Source: Alphaproteobacteria bacterium (lineage in GTDB: Bacteria > Pseudomonadota > Alphaproteobacteria > MPNO01). From it: DNA of 64,000 bases. Below, in pieces: positions 1 to 10,227 of this stretch. Made by a program: the position numbers and the translations under genes. The notes beneath the pieces are model-generated. The model saw only the letters and a list, made by a program, of their open reading frames with translations. It was not told where the DNA came from and did not search any database. The first letter of the stretch is position 1. Every line of letters starts with the position of its first letter. The stretch spans positions 256,001 through 320,000 of the forward strand of contig OZ219866.1 in the NCBI GenBank assembly GCA_964291675.2. The letters are read 5' to 3'.

Positions 1-17
1 AAGTCCGGGCATGACGG
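1..17. repeat. Truncated right arm of an alphaproteobacterial GTCATGCCCGG-type palindromic repeat
   Basis: AAGTCCGGGCATGACGG resembles the ends of the elements at 58643-58781 and 62311-62355; cut by the window edge. Confidence 0.55.
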
Positions 18-96
18 ACTGGGCGAATGGATGGGGCGGAGAGAACAGCAAGCAATCCCGTGAAACGCGACACCAGACCCGATGAGGAGACGCGAC

Positions 97-825
97 ATGG
101 CCGAGATTCCCGTTCCCTACAGCTATGACGGCCGCGATTTCGAAGGGATGCTGGTCTATGACGACCCGGTGGCCGAGCCGCGCCCGGCGATCCTGATGCA
201 GCCGGACTGGCTCGGCGTCTCCCGCCACGGCATCGAGATCGCCAGGGATTTCGGCGGCTCGGACTATGTCGTGATGATGGCCGACATGTTCGGCGCGGGT
301 TACGGCGAGCGGGAAAAGACCTTCGACGAGCTGCTGAAGATCTCGCGCGAGGTACGCGCCGACCTGCCGCATATCCTGGGCTGCGGCGCGGCGGCGGACC
401 GGGCGATGACGGCGGAGGCCGAAGCGCGCGGCCTCGTCGCGCGGTCGGGCGTGCGCGGCATCGTCGGCTACTGCATCGGCGGCGGCTTCGCGCTGGAGCA
501 GTCGCGCGCCGGCGCGGACTACGCCGGGACCGTGGCGTTTCACGTCACCCTGCCCCAGCCGGTCGACGAGGACGCCAGGCCGGACTTCAAGGGGCCGGTG
601 CTGATCTTTCACGGCGCGGCCGATCCCGTCACGCCGCGCGAGATGATCGACACGCTGGAGGCGGAGCTCACCGAGGCGGGCATCGACTGGCAGGTGATGA
701 TGTACGGCCATGCCAGCCACTCGTTCTGCGACATCGGCATGTTCAACGAGCTGCAGCGCTACGACGAGAAGCTGACCCGGCAGTCCTACGAGATGACGCG
801 CTACTTCTTCTCCGGCCTGCTGTGA
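97..825 (+). CDS. Dienelactone hydrolase family protein
   Basis: GYCIGG nucleophile elbow, HGAADP Asp, GHASHSF His; GAGGAG RBS before ATG 97. Confidence 0.88.
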   Translation: MAEIPVPYSYDGRDFEGMLVYDDPVAEPRPAILMQPDWLGVSRHGIEIARDFGGSDYVVMMADMFGAGYGEREKTFDELLKISREVRADLPHILGCGAAADRAMTAEAEARGLVARSGVRGIVGYCIGGGFALEQSRAGADYAGTVAFHVTLPQPVDEDARPDFKGPVLIFHGAADPVTPREMIDTLEAELTEAGIDWQVMMYGHASHSFCDIGMFNELQRYDEKLTRQSYEMTRYFFSGLL

Positions 826-838
826 GCGGGCCCGCCGG

Positions 839-1918
839 TCACTCCGCCGCCGCGAGCCGGTCGCCTTGGTCGGCGAAGCCGGGCGCGACCTCCTCCATAA
901 AACGCTGCATCTCGTCCTTGACCCGCTCATGCGGCTTGAGGCCGACATTGAAGTAGAGGATCACCTCGGCGAAGCCCGCCTCCTCGACCTTCTTCAGGGT
1001 CTCGCCGATCGCCGATGCGTCGCCCACCAGGATCGACTTGTCGGTCAGGCCGTCGGGCGTCATCGCCTTCATGTTCTTCACCATGTCGACGAAGTAGCGG
1101 TAGGTCGGCGGCGCCGTCTTCGGGTCCTGCGGCAGGGCGTCGATGCAGCATTCCTGGAAGTAGCGCACCTGGCTGGTGCGCGCGGCGAGGTCCTCCTCCG
1201 GGCTGTCGGCGAAATGCGCGAAATAGCTGCAGATCAGCCGCCCGGGCGGGTTGCCGGCCTCGGCGCAGGCGTCGCGGTAGATCGCGGCCATCTCGGCGAG
1301 CCCGCCGAACTGCATCGCCGCGGCGAAGGGCGCGACGACGACGTTGTGGCCGAGCCGGGCGGCGAGCTCGATCGAGGGGCGCGAGAAGCACGCGACATAG
1401 ATCGGCGGCGGCGTCTGCACCGGCCTGGGAGTGATGGCGACGTTCTCGAAGTCGTAGAACCGGCCCTTGTGGGTGATCGGCTCGGGCTCGGTCCACAGGC
1501 GATGGAGCACGTCGAGCCCTTCGGCGAAGGCCGCCGTGTTGTCCTCGTAGGGCGCCTTCAGCGGTCCGTATTCGCGCTTGTCGTAGCCCCGGCCGGTGGC
1601 GAAGTCGACCCGGCCCCCGCTCAACAGGTCGAGCGTCGCCCACTGCTCGGCGACGCGGATCGGATGGTGCAATGGCAGCACGTTGACGGCCGGCGCGAGA
1701 CGGACCCGCTCGGTCACGGCGGCGACGTATCCGAGCACGATATCGGGGCAGGACAAGACGCCGAGCGTCGAGAAATGGTGCTCGCCGATCCACACCGAGT
1801 GCATGCCCACCCGCTCGGCATGGATCGCCTCCGCCGCGATGTCGCGGATATAGTCGTTGGCGCTCCGCCGGTTGCCGACATAGTGGTTGTCGCTGAGCGT
1901 GAAGTAGCCGAATTTCAT
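839..1918 (-). CDS. LLM-class (luciferase-like) flavin-dependent monooxygenase
   Basis: WIGEHH, HPIRVAEQWATLDLLSGGR, GRGY and PRPVQ motifs. Confidence 0.92.
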   Translation of the reverse strand: MKFGYFTLSDNHYVGNRRSANDYIRDIAAEAIHAERVGMHSVWIGEHHFSTLGVLSCPDIVLGYVAAVTERVRLAPAVNVLPLHHPIRVAEQWATLDLLSGGRVDFATGRGYDKREYGPLKAPYEDNTAAFAEGLDVLHRLWTEPEPITHKGRFYDFENVAITPRPVQTPPPIYVACFSRPSIELAARLGHNVVVAPFAAAMQFGGLAEMAAIYRDACAEAGNPPGRLICSYFAHFADSPEEDLAARTSQVRYFQECCIDALPQDPKTAPPTYRYFVDMVKNMKAMTPDGLTDKSILVGDASAIGETLKKVEEAGFAEVILYFNVGLKPHERVKDEMQRFMEEVAPGFADQGDRLAAAE

Positions 1919-1936
1919 GACCCTTCCCCCGGCGGC

Positions 1937-2161
1937 TCAGCCGCCTTTCCTGATCGCGATGCGAAACACCCCGCCATCCTCCGAGGCCTCCAGAAAAGCG
2001 TGCGAGGCGGCCTCGCAGAACGCGCGGAAATCCTCGACCGCGGCGGGATCGGTGGCGAGCACCAGGAGCTCCTGCCCCGGGTCGAGCGCCTTGATCGCCT
2101 TCCTCGCGCGCAGCACCGGGAGCGGGCATTTGAGCCCCGTCGCGTCCAGACGCTGCGCCAT
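1937..2161 (-). CDS. tusA: TusA/SirA family sulfur carrier
   Basis: 74 aa, LDATGLKCPLP (CPxP persulfide Cys), ATDP; GGAGG RBS. Confidence 0.9.
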   Translation of the reverse strand: MAQRLDATGLKCPLPVLRARKAIKALDPGQELLVLATDPAAVEDFRAFCEAASHAFLEASEDGGVFRIAIRKGG

Positions 2162-2185
2162 TCCGCCTCCCTCGGAGCCTGCGAT

Positions 2186-2259
2186 TGGCTGGGGCGCCAG
2201 GAATCGAACCTGGGATCACGGGATCAAAACCCGTTGCCTTACCGCTTGGCTACGCCCCA
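2186..2259 (-). tRNA. tRNA-Gln (anticodon TTG)
   Basis: Reverse complement TGGGGCGTAGCCAAGCGGTAAGGCAACGGGTTTTGATCCCGTGATCCCAGGTTCGATTCCTGGCGCCCCAGCCA: cloverleaf, GTTCGA T-loop, encoded CCA; lies downstream of ispE as in many bacteria. Confidence 0.97.
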
Positions 2260-2275
2260 CCGGCAGACCGGAGGC

Positions 2276-2304
2276 ACCATAGGTTCAATGATTCGGGCCC
2301 GCAA
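2276..2304 (-). promoter_or_regulatory. Putative sigma70 promoter for tRNA-Gln/tusA
   Basis: TTGCGG-N17-TATGGT on the minus strand, 16 nt upstream of the tRNA. Confidence 0.45.
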
Positions 2305-2320
2305 TATCGCTCACCCCGGG

Positions 2321-3235
2321 CTATGACGCGTGCAGCCGTGTCGAGCGCACCCACCAGCGCGGCCGGGCGGCGGCGATTCGGGCGGCAGCCCGGTCGGCGC
2401 GGTGCTGCGTGGGAAACAGCCCGAAACAGGTCGGCCCGCTGCCCGAGAGGCGCGCGAGCAGGCAGGAGGGAGAGGTCTCGATCGCGTGCAGGACCGCGTC
2501 GATGTCCGGGCAGAGACGCCGGGCGCCGGGGGCGAGATCGTTGCCGGTATCGCGCAGCGCCGCGGCGAGCGCCGGGGCGTCGGGGAGCACGGCATCGAAC
2601 CGCCGCGGCTTCGAGAACGGACCCTCGCGGGCCGCGAATACCGCGGCGGTCGCAAGCGGCACCGCCGGGTTGACCAGCAGGATGGGGGCGGCGGGCAAAG
2701 CGGGCGCCGCCTCGATCCGCTCGCCGATGCCGCGCATCATGCCGGGCCGCGCCGCCAGACAGACCGGCACGTCGGCGCCGAGACGAAGGGCGAGCGCGGC
2801 GAGCGCGTCGCCCGGCAGCGTCACGTCCCAGAGCGCAGCGAGGGCGCGCAGGACGGCCGCGGCATCGGCCGATCCGCCGCCCAGCCCGGCGGCCACGGGA
2901 AGCGCCTTGTGGAGCCGGATGCGGGCAGTGGGCGCGATGCCCGCCGCCGCCGCCAGCGCCTTCGCCGCCCCGACCGCCAGATTCTCCGCCCCCCGATCGA
3001 GCTTCGCGGCGAACGGCCCGTCGATCTCGAATTGTAGGCGTTCGGCGAGCCGAACCTCGATGCGGTCGCAGATCGCCGCGAAGGCGACGAGGCTCTCGAT
3101 CTCGTGGTAGCCGTCGCCGCGGCGGCCGGTGACGTGGAGGAACAGATTGACCTTCGCCGGCGCGTCGACCCGAACGCCGGACCCGGCCGCCGTCGGGGAC
3201 GGTTCGACGGATCCCGCCACCGGGCTAGCCCGCAT
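2321..3235 (-). CDS. ispE: 4-diphosphocytidyl-2-C-methyl-D-erythritol kinase
   Basis: APAKVNLFLHV, AGLGGGSADAAA, LGADVP, SGSGPT GHMP motifs; the native start may be GTG 3220 because ATG 3235 lies inside a MITE TIR. Confidence 0.96.
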   Translation of the reverse strand: MRASPVAGSVEPSPTAAGSGVRVDAPAKVNLFLHVTGRRGDGYHEIESLVAFAAICDRIEVRLAERLQFEIDGPFAAKLDRGAENLAVGAAKALAAAAGIAPTARIRLHKALPVAAGLGGGSADAAAVLRALAALWDVTLPGDALAALALRLGADVPVCLAARPGMMRGIGERIEAAPALPAAPILLVNPAVPLATAAVFAAREGPFSKPRRFDAVLPDAPALAAALRDTGNDLAPGARRLCPDIDAVLHAIETSPSCLLARLSGSGPTCFGLFPTQHRADRAAARIAAARPRWWVRSTRLHAS

Positions 3236-3403
3236 GTCTCGCCCCTGTCACGGCCTGCGTCGCGCCCGGGCGTTCGTCCCGCCAGGAGCGGGCCGAAGAG
3301 CGTAGCGATGCCTACGGTTGAGGCCCGCGACGCCGCGGGCGGGTGCCCGGGCGCGACCCTCCGGGCGGCGCAGGCCATGACAGAGGTGAGACATGCGGGC
3401 TAG
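3225..3403. mobile_element. 179-bp MITE-like element with about 35-bp terminal inverted repeats bounded by CTAG
   Basis: Left end CTAGCCCGCATGTCTCGCCCCTGTCACGGCCTGCG vs reverse complement of right end CTAGCCCGCATGTCTCACCTCTGTCATGGCCTGCG (32/35 match); nested internal inverted repeats; no ORF. Confidence 0.8.
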
Positions 3404-5214
3404 ATGTCGGACAGGCCGCGGGCGAGCTTGTTCTCGATGATCGGCACCTGCTCGGGCTCGGGATCGAGATTGAGCGCGCGGCGCCACTGGAACTTCGCCT
3501 CGTTGCGGCGCCCGACCCGCCAATAGGCGTCGCCGAGATGGTCGTTGACCGTGGGGTCCAGAGGTTCCAGCTCCGACGCCCGCTCGAGCTGTTCGACCGC
3601 CCCGTCGTAGTCGCCGATGCGGTACAGCGCCCAGCCCAGGCTGTCGACGATGGCGCCGCTTTGCGGTTCGAGCTCGACCGCGCGCTCGATCATCCTGCGC
3701 GCGTCGTTGAGCTTGATCCCCTGGTCCACCCACGAATATCCGAGATAGTTGAGGAGATAGGGCTCGTCCGGGGAGAGCTCGAGCGCGGCGAGAAAATCCT
3801 TCTCCGCCCGCGGCCATTCCTTCGACCGCTCCAGCGCGATTCCGCGCGAGAACAGCAGCCTCCAATGCCGCGGCGCGACGCTGCCGAGCCGCGCGATCGC
3901 CGCGTCATAGGCTTCGACCGCTTCGGCGAATCTCTTGCGGTTGCGGAAGATGTCGCCGAGCCGTTTCAGCGCATCGCTGCGCTCGGCGCGTTCGTCCGCC
4001 ATCCGGCGGAGAAGCTCGATCGCCTCTTCGTCGCGATCGAGCCGCGCCAGCCCGGCCGCGCGGCTGAGCCGCGCCGACCACGACAGCGGCGACGCCTCGT
4101 TCACCGAGCCGTAGACCTCGACCGCCTCCTCGTCGCGGCCGACGGATTCCAGTATCTGCCCGACCAGGACGCGGGCGGACGGGAAATCCGGGCGCAGATC
4201 GAGCGCGAGCCGGCCATAGACCAGAGCCATTTCGATCGATCGCGCCCGCAGCCCCATCTTGGCGCCGTCGAGCAGCGCCTCGGCCGCCCCCTCCGTCCCG
4301 TTGGCGACGATCGGGGTCGCGGGCCTGCCAGCGCGAAGGTCGCCGAGCGCGCGCTCGATCAGGGGAGACCCGCTCTCCCCGGCGACGAAAGCGGTGTAAC
4401 GCCGCTCGGCTTCGGCCGCATCGCCGAACCGGCGGTAGAAGGACCCGATCGCCTGGACCAGCCGGACCGTCGGGCGCCGCGCCTCCTTGGCGGCTTCCAG
4501 ATAGAGCTCCCTCGCCTCTTTCGGACGCCCGGCAAGGTCGAGGATGAGAGCGCCGTGCAGGCTGCGGAACGGCGCGAACGCGGTGTTGTCGCCGGGCCCG
4601 GGGAGGGCCGCGCGAGCAGCGTCGTAGCGGCCGAGCGCTGCCTCGGCCCACGCCGAGAGCAACGGCACGGTAAAGGCGTTCGGGCCGCGCCCGCCGATAG
4701 CGGCGAGCCGCGTTCTCGCCGCCTCGAACCGGCCGGCCTTGAAATCGCCCACCGCAAGCGACAGCTCGGCGAGCGGCGCGTCGGGCTCCAGCGCGCGCAG
4801 CCGCCGGGCGAGGGCGCGCGCCGGTTCGGCCTCTCCGCTCGCCAGCTTGGCGATCAGGGCGCGCAGCAACAGCCGCCGGCCGCCGGGCCGCGCCGCAACC
4901 GCTTCGCTCAAGTAGCGCGCCGCCGCGCCGAAGTCGCGTGTCCGGAACGCGTGGTGGCCGGCGAGGTAGCTGCCGAGTTCGAGCGTGCGGTCGGTCGCCT
5001 TGGCGAGGCTCGCGGCCGGCGCCCCGGCATCTCCCGCATGGCCGGCCGCCGCCGGCAGGAGCGCGACGCCCGCCGCCAGGGACAGGATCGCGCAGGCGCG
5101 ACGTGCCACCCGCCCGGTCGCCGCCGCAGAGCGCCGCGCGGCCGCGTCGCATCTCCCGGCCGGGGAGCGCGTACCGCCCGGACGGCCGCGTTCGTTGTGC
5201 CAATCACCCGTCAT
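3400..5214 (-). CDS. Exported TPR-repeat protein
   Basis: Signal-like hydrophobic stretch, multiple TPRs, LNYLGYSW and IVDSLGWALY, DHLGDAYW motifs; conserved position upstream of ispE; start uncertain. Confidence 0.88.
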   Translation of the reverse strand: MTGDWHNERGRPGGTRSPAGRCDAAARRSAAATGRVARRACAILSLAAGVALLPAAAGHAGDAGAPAASLAKATDRTLELGSYLAGHHAFRTRDFGAAARYLSEAVAARPGGRRLLLRALIAKLASGEAEPARALARRLRALEPDAPLAELSLAVGDFKAGRFEAARTRLAAIGGRGPNAFTVPLLSAWAEAALGRYDAARAALPGPGDNTAFAPFRSLHGALILDLAGRPKEARELYLEAAKEARRPTVRLVQAIGSFYRRFGDAAEAERRYTAFVAGESGSPLIERALGDLRAGRPATPIVANGTEGAAEALLDGAKMGLRARSIEMALVYGRLALDLRPDFPSARVLVGQILESVGRDEEAVEVYGSVNEASPLSWSARLSRAAGLARLDRDEEAIELLRRMADERAERSDALKRLGDIFRNRKRFAEAVEAYDAAIARLGSVAPRHWRLLFSRGIALERSKEWPRAEKDFLAALELSPDEPYLLNYLGYSWVDQGIKLNDARRMIERAVELEPQSGAIVDSLGWALYRIGDYDGAVEQLERASELEPLDPTVNDHLGDAYWRVGRRNEAKFQWRRALNLDPEPEQVPIIENKLARGLSDI

Positions 5215-5243
5215 TCGGCGCGTTCTAAAGCTCTTTTCTGGCG

Positions 5244-5331
5244 GATTCGCCGAAACGTTGCGTGAGCCGAGGCGAATCCCGACGGACGATGGCGAGTATA
5301 CACGCGAATCCCCGCCGCGAGTCCCGGAATC
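5244..5331. promoter_or_regulatory. Cluster of five GANTC (putative CcrM) sites upstream of the TPR-ispE genes
   Basis: GATTC 5244, GAATC 5274, GAATC 5306, GAGTC 5319, GAATC 5327. Confidence 0.5.
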
Positions 5332-5354
5332 CGCCGACCGGGCGGCCGCGCCGG

Positions 5355-6986
5355 CTACATATTGGGGTAGTTCGGGCCACCGCCGCCCTCGGGAACGACC
5401 CAGTCGATGTTCTGGCGCGGGTCCTTGATGTCGCAGGTCTTGCAGTGCACGCAGTTCTGCGCGTTGATCTGCAGGCCGGGGCCGACCCCCTCCCCGGTGA
5501 CGATCTCGTACACCCCGGCCGGGCAGTAGCGCTGCTCCGGCGCGTCGTAGAGCGCGAGGTTTACGTCGACGGGGACGGATTCGTCCTTCAGCCGCAGATG
5601 GACCGGCTGATCCTCCTCGTGGTTGGTGTTCGATATGAACACCGAGGACAGCCTGTCGAAGGTCACCTCGCCGTCGGGCCTGGGATAGTCGATCCTCGGC
5701 GCATCGGACGCCGGCTTAAGAGACAGGTGGTCGGCGCCATGACGGAACGTCCACGGCGCCCGGCCGCGCAGCACGAAGGTGTCGAGCGCCGAATAGGCGA
5801 GCCCGACCCAGAGCCCGCGGCGGAACGCCGGGCGGAGATTGCGCACCGATTTGAGCTCCTGCCACACCCAGCTCCGCCGCATCGCTTCCGGGTAGGTCTC
5901 GAGCGCCGCGCCGGGATCGTCGCCGCCAAGCGCCGCAAAGATCGCCTCGGCCGCCACCATGCCGCTCTTCATGGCGGTATGGGTGCCCTTGATCTTGGGA
6001 ACGTTCAGGAACCCGGCCTCGCAGCCGACGAAAACGCCGCCGGGAAAGGCGAGTCTCGGGATCGACTGGAACCCGCCCTCGTTGACCGCCCGCGCGCCAT
6101 AGGCGATGCGCCGCCCGCCGACGAATGTCGGGCGGATCGACCTGTGGGTCTTGAAGCGCTGGAACTCCTCGAAGGGCGACAGATGGGGGTTGGAGTAGTC
6201 GAGCCCGATGACGAACCCGACCGCGACCTGGTTGTCCTCCAGGTGGTAGAGGAAGGACCCGCCATAGGTGTCGGCGGCGAGCGGCCAGCCGAAGGAATGC
6301 ACCACCCGTCCGGGATGGTGGTTGGCCGGGTCGACCTCCCACAGCTCCTTGATTCCGATGCCGTATGTCTGGGGCTCGCTGTCCCGCGCGAGGTCGAAAC
6401 GTTCGATCAGCGTCTTGCCGAGCGAGCCGCGGCAGCCTTCCGCGAACACGGTCTGGGTGGCGTGCAGCTCGACCCCGGGCTCGTGGTTCGGGCCGGGCCG
6501 GCCGTCGCGGCCGATCCCCATGTCCCCGGTGGCGACGCCCCTGACCCGCCCGGCGTCGTCGTAGAGCACCTCGGCGGCGGCGAAGCCGGGATAGATTTCG
6601 ACGCCGAGACCCTCGGCCTCGGCCGCGAGCCAGCGGCAGAGATTGCCGAGGCTGATGATGTAGTTGCCGCGGTTGCGCGCCTGCGGCGGCGTGGGCAGCC
6701 TGAGGGCGGAACCCTTGGTCAGCAGGAGGAAGCGGTCCTCCCGGACCGGCGTGTTGAGCGGCGCGCCCCGCTCGACGGCGTCGGGGAACAGCTCGAACAG
6801 CGCGCGGGGCTCCAGCACGGCGCCCGACAGGATGTGCGCGCCGACTTCGGACCCCTTCTCGATCACGCAGACGCCGACATCGCGGTCTTCCGCCGCCGCG
6901 AGCTGTTTCAGGCGGATCGCCGTCGCCAGCCCGGCGGGGCCGGCGCCCACCACGACGACATCGAATGCCATGGATTCCCGTTCCAC
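5355..6986 (-). CDS. Electron transfer flavoprotein-ubiquinone oxidoreductase
   Basis: GAGPAG FAD motif, [10 protein letters not shown]-terminal CPAGVYE...NCVHCKTCD 4Fe-4S motif, PEGGGGPNY; GGAAGGAG RBS. Confidence 0.96.
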   Translation of the reverse strand: MERESMAFDVVVVGAGPAGLATAIRLKQLAAAEDRDVGVCVIEKGSEVGAHILSGAVLEPRALFELFPDAVERGAPLNTPVREDRFLLLTKGSALRLPTPPQARNRGNYIISLGNLCRWLAAEAEGLGVEIYPGFAAAEVLYDDAGRVRGVATGDMGIGRDGRPGPNHEPGVELHATQTVFAEGCRGSLGKTLIERFDLARDSEPQTYGIGIKELWEVDPANHHPGRVVHSFGWPLAADTYGGSFLYHLEDNQVAVGFVIGLDYSNPHLSPFEEFQRFKTHRSIRPTFVGGRRIAYGARAVNEGGFQSIPRLAFPGGVFVGCEAGFLNVPKIKGTHTAMKSGMVAAEAIFAALGGDDPGAALETYPEAMRRSWVWQELKSVRNLRPAFRRGLWVGLAYSALDTFVLRGRAPWTFRHGADHLSLKPASDAPRIDYPRPDGEVTFDRLSSVFISNTNHEEDQPVHLRLKDESVPVDVNLALYDAPEQRYCPAGVYEIVTGEGVGPGLQINAQNCVHCKTCDIKDPRQNIDWVVPEGGGGPNYPNM

Positions 6987-7071
6987 GGCCTACTCCTTCC
7001 CGCCGCAAACCGACGCTGTATAGCACAACCGCCTGCCTGTTTCCCGGCCTGCCCGCGTGCTAGGTTCCGGC

Positions 7072-7857
7072 ATGGCCGCAGGCGAGGCAATCGCCGCGCT
7101 GCTTGCGTGGCAGATCGAGGCCGGGGCGGACGAAGCGATCGCCGAGGCGCCGCTCGACCGGTTCGCGGCGCGCGCCACGCCGCCGGAGCCCGCGGTCGAG
7201 GCCGCCGCCGAGCCGGACCCGTCGGGCGGCCGGCCGGCGCCGGCGATGACGGGGGCGCGGCAAATCGCCGCAGCGGCGGCCGATCTCGCCGCGCTCAGAT
7301 CCGCCTTCGCGGCCTTCGACGGATGCCCGCTGAAGGAGACGGCGACCAATTTCGTGTTCGCCGACGGCGCGCCCGGGGCGAAGCTGATGTTCATCGGCGA
7401 GGCGCCCGGCGCGGAGGAAGATCGCCAGGGAATCCCCTTTGTCGGCCCCGCCGGGCGCCTTTTGGACCGCATGCTGGCGGCAATCGGCCTCGAACGGCGC
7501 GAGGTCTACATCACCAACATCCTGCCCTGGCGTCCGCCGGGAAACCGCAACCCCACCGATTCCGAGATCGCCGTTTGCCTTCCCTTCATCGAACGCCACA
7601 TCGCGCTGGTGGAGCCGGCGGCGGTGGTTGCGGTCGGCGGCACCGCGGCAAAGGTCTTGCTCGACACCAGGGAAGGCATTATGAGGCTTCGCGGTCGCTG
7701 GTTCAGCTACACCGTCTCCGGTTCCGGCGCGCCGATACCGCTGCGGGCGATACTGCATCCCGCCTATCTGCTCCGCCAGCCGGGCCAAAAACGAGACGCA
7801 TGGACCGACCTGATCGCCATCAAGAAACGACTCGCGGAAGGCATGCCGGCCCCATGA
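7072..7857 (+). CDS. Uracil-DNA glycosylase family 4
   Basis: [33 protein letters not shown] motifs. Confidence 0.93.
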   Translation: MAAGEAIAALLAWQIEAGADEAIAEAPLDRFAARATPPEPAVEAAAEPDPSGGRPAPAMTGARQIAAAAADLAALRSAFAAFDGCPLKETATNFVFADGAPGAKLMFIGEAPGAEEDRQGIPFVGPAGRLLDRMLAAIGLERREVYITNILPWRPPGNRNPTDSEIAVCLPFIERHIALVEPAAVVAVGGTAAKVLLDTREGIMRLRGRWFSYTVSGSGAPIPLRAILHPAYLLRQPGQKRDAWTDLIAIKKRLAEGMPAP

Positions 7858-9692
7858 CGCAGTTTGTGGGCGGCGGACGCGGGGTGGCGTGGTTGGTTCT
7901 GGCCGCCGTGGTCGCGGCGAGCGCGGTGGCCGGGCCGGCGCGGGCCGACAGGACGCGCGGCGCCGAGAGCGCCGGTGCCGCCGCCGCGGAGGCGGAAGGG
8001 CTCGGCCTGCCCCGCATCGTCGGCGAGCGCGACGCGGCCCGTTACCGCCAGATCTTCGAGCTGCAGAAAAAGGGGAAATGGCGCAGCGCGGACAGGGAAA
8101 TCAGGAAGCTGCGCAGCCGGATCCTGATGGGACACGTACTGGCCCAGCGCTACCTGCACCCCACCAAGTACCGCTCGCGCTACGGCGAGCTCGAACGCTG
8201 GCTCCGCCACTACGCCGACCATCCGGAGGCGAGGCGCATATACCGGCTCGCGAAGCGCCGCAAGGGCAAGTCCAGCCGGCATCCGCGCGCGCCCACCGCA
8301 CCGAAGCCGCGGACCTACGAATCGTCCTGGGTGTCGCCCACATACGGCTACACCTCGCCGCGCAAGCGCAGCGCCTCGGCAAGGGCGAAGGTCCACAAGA
8401 GGATCCGCGTCATCCGGCGGCACGCGCTCAGGGGGCAGCTCAAACGCGCCCGCCAGATCCTCTCATGGCGGTCCTCCAGGCGAATGCTGGACAAGACCGA
8501 GACCGCCATCGCCCGGGCCCATCTGGCACGGGGATATTTCTTCCACGGCTCGCCGGAGACCGCGCACAGGATTTCCGCGCGCGTGGCGAACCGGGCGGGA
8601 CGCTACATGCCGATGGCGCACTGGATCGCGGGGCTCTCGGCCTATCGCGTCGGCGCCTATAAGGACGCCGCGCATCACCTGGAAACCATGGCGGAGCACC
8701 CCACGCTCTCCTCCTGGCCGGCCTCGGGCGCGGCCTTCTGGGCGGGGCGTGCCAACCTGCTCGCCGGAAAGCCGGACCGGGTGCGCTACTGGATGAACAG
8801 GGCATCGGAGTACCGCTTCACATTTTATGGCCAGCTCGCCGCGCGGGTGCTCGGTCTGGAGCGCGAATTCGACTGGCGAATGCCGCAATTGACGGCGGAG
8901 AATGTCGCAATCCTCATGCGCCACCCCGCCGCCCGGCGCGCGCTGGCGCTGCTGCAGGTCAACGCGCTCGGGCGCGCGGAGAGCGAGCTCAAAGCCCTCA
9001 CCTCGATCGACGACAGCACCCTCGCCAGGGCCTTGATGGCGCTGGCGGAGAAAACCAACCTGGCGTCTCTGGCCGTCGGCACGACCGCGATGCTGGACGA
9101 GGCCGACGGTCCGCCGCCGACCGGCGCGCTCTACCCGGTGCCCAACTGGCGGCCCAAAGAGGGCTTCACGGTCGACCGCGCGCTGATCTATGCCTTCATG
9201 CGCCAGGAGTCGCGGTTCAAGGTGCGCGCCAAGAGCCACGCCGGGGCGCGCGGGTTGATGCAGCTGATGCCGGGGACCGCGGGTTTCATGATGGGCAAGC
9301 GGTATCGCGGGTCCAGGCGCAACGAGCTCTACGATCCCGGGTTGAACATATCGATCGCCCAGCGCTACATCCGCTACCTGATCGGCAACGGCGTCGTGAA
9401 GGGGAATGTGCTGATGCTGGCCGCCGCCTATAACGGCGGGCCGGGCAATCTCAACAAATGGCGCCGCCGGGCGGCGCGCCGGAAGGCGACCGATCCGCTG
9501 ATCTTCATCGAGACGATTCCGGCGCGCGAGACCCGCAACTATGTCGAGCGCGTGCTCGCCAATCTCTGGATGTACCGCAGCCGGCTCGGACAGGACACGC
9601 CCACCCTCGATCGCCTTGCCGCCGGAAAGGCGCCGCTCTACAAGTCGCTGGACGGCGCGGGCAACGTGGTGGCGCAGAATGAGCGGAATTGA
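7854..9692 (+). CDS. Soluble lytic murein transglycosylase (SLT domain)
   Basis: Signal peptide after ATG 7854 (ATGA overlap with the UDG stop); RQESRF catalytic Glu, [21 protein letters not shown]. Confidence 0.92.
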   Translation: MTQFVGGGRGVAWLVLAAVVAASAVAGPARADRTRGAESAGAAAAEAEGLGLPRIVGERDAARYRQIFELQKKGKWRSADREIRKLRSRILMGHVLAQRYLHPTKYRSRYGELERWLRHYADHPEARRIYRLAKRRKGKSSRHPRAPTAPKPRTYESSWVSPTYGYTSPRKRSASARAKVHKRIRVIRRHALRGQLKRARQILSWRSSRRMLDKTETAIARAHLARGYFFHGSPETAHRISARVANRAGRYMPMAHWIAGLSAYRVGAYKDAAHHLETMAEHPTLSSWPASGAAFWAGRANLLAGKPDRVRYWMNRASEYRFTFYGQLAARVLGLEREFDWRMPQLTAENVAILMRHPAARRALALLQVNALGRAESELKALTSIDDSTLARALMALAEKTNLASLAVGTTAMLDEADGPPPTGALYPVPNWRPKEGFTVDRALIYAFMRQESRFKVRAKSHAGARGLMQLMPGTAGFMMGKRYRGSRRNELYDPGLNISIAQRYIRYLIGNGVVKGNVLMLAAAYNGGPGNLNKWRRRAARRKATDPLIFIETIPARETRNYVERVLANLWMYRSRLGQDTPTLDRLAAGKAPLYKSLDGAGNVVAQNERN

Positions 9693-10227
9693 CGAAACGG
9701 TTCCCTTCGCGGCGATCAACATCGCCGTGATGACGGTATCGGACACGCGCACGGAGGAGACCGACCGGTCGGGCGCGACGCTCGTGGACAGGCTGGAGAA
9801 GGCCGGCCACCGCCTGGCCGAAAAGCGGATCGTGCCGGACGAACGGACGGCGATCGAGGGGCAGCTCCGGCGCTGGATCGACGATCCCGGGATCGACGCC
9901 GTGATCGCCACCGGGGGGACCGGGGTGACCGGGCGCGACGTGACGCCCGAGGCGTTCGAGGCGGTGTTCGAGAAGGACATTCCGGGCTTCGGCGAGCTGT
10001 TCCGGATGATCAGCTTCGCAAAGATCGGCAGCTCCACCATCCAGTCCCGCGCGGTGGCCGGCGTCGCCGGCGGGACCTATCTCTTCGCCGTGCCGGGCTC
10101 GACCGGCGCCTGCCGCGACGCGTGGGACGAGATCCTGGTCTACCAGCTCGACATCCGGCACAAGCCGTGCAACTTCGTCGAGCTCATGCCGCGGCTCAAC
10201 GAACACCGCGACGCGCGTTCCGCCTGA
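9679..10227 (+). CDS. moaB: Molybdenum cofactor biosynthesis protein B
   Basis: TVSDTR, TGGTGVTGRDVTPEA, IPGFGELFR, QSRA, PGS motifs. Confidence 0.95.
   Translation: MSGIDETVPFAAINIAVMTVSDTRTEETDRSGATLVDRLEKAGHRLAEKRIVPDERTAIEGQLRRWIDDPGIDAVIATGGTGVTGRDVTPEAFEAVFEKDIPGFGELFRMISFAKIGSSTIQSRAVAGVAGGTYLFAVPGSTGACRDAWDEILVYQLDIRHKPCNFVELMPRLNEHRDARSA

Noticed and set aside
2186-2259. tRNA-Gln as an island integration site
   Set aside because: No integrase and no duplicated tRNA 3' end were noticed in the window.
5262-9692. 1476-aa ORF as a giant protein
   Set aside because: Only the part from ATG 7854 is a recognisable SLT. The rest is the antisense shadow of ETF-QO and an off-frame read of the UDG gene in GC-rich DNA.
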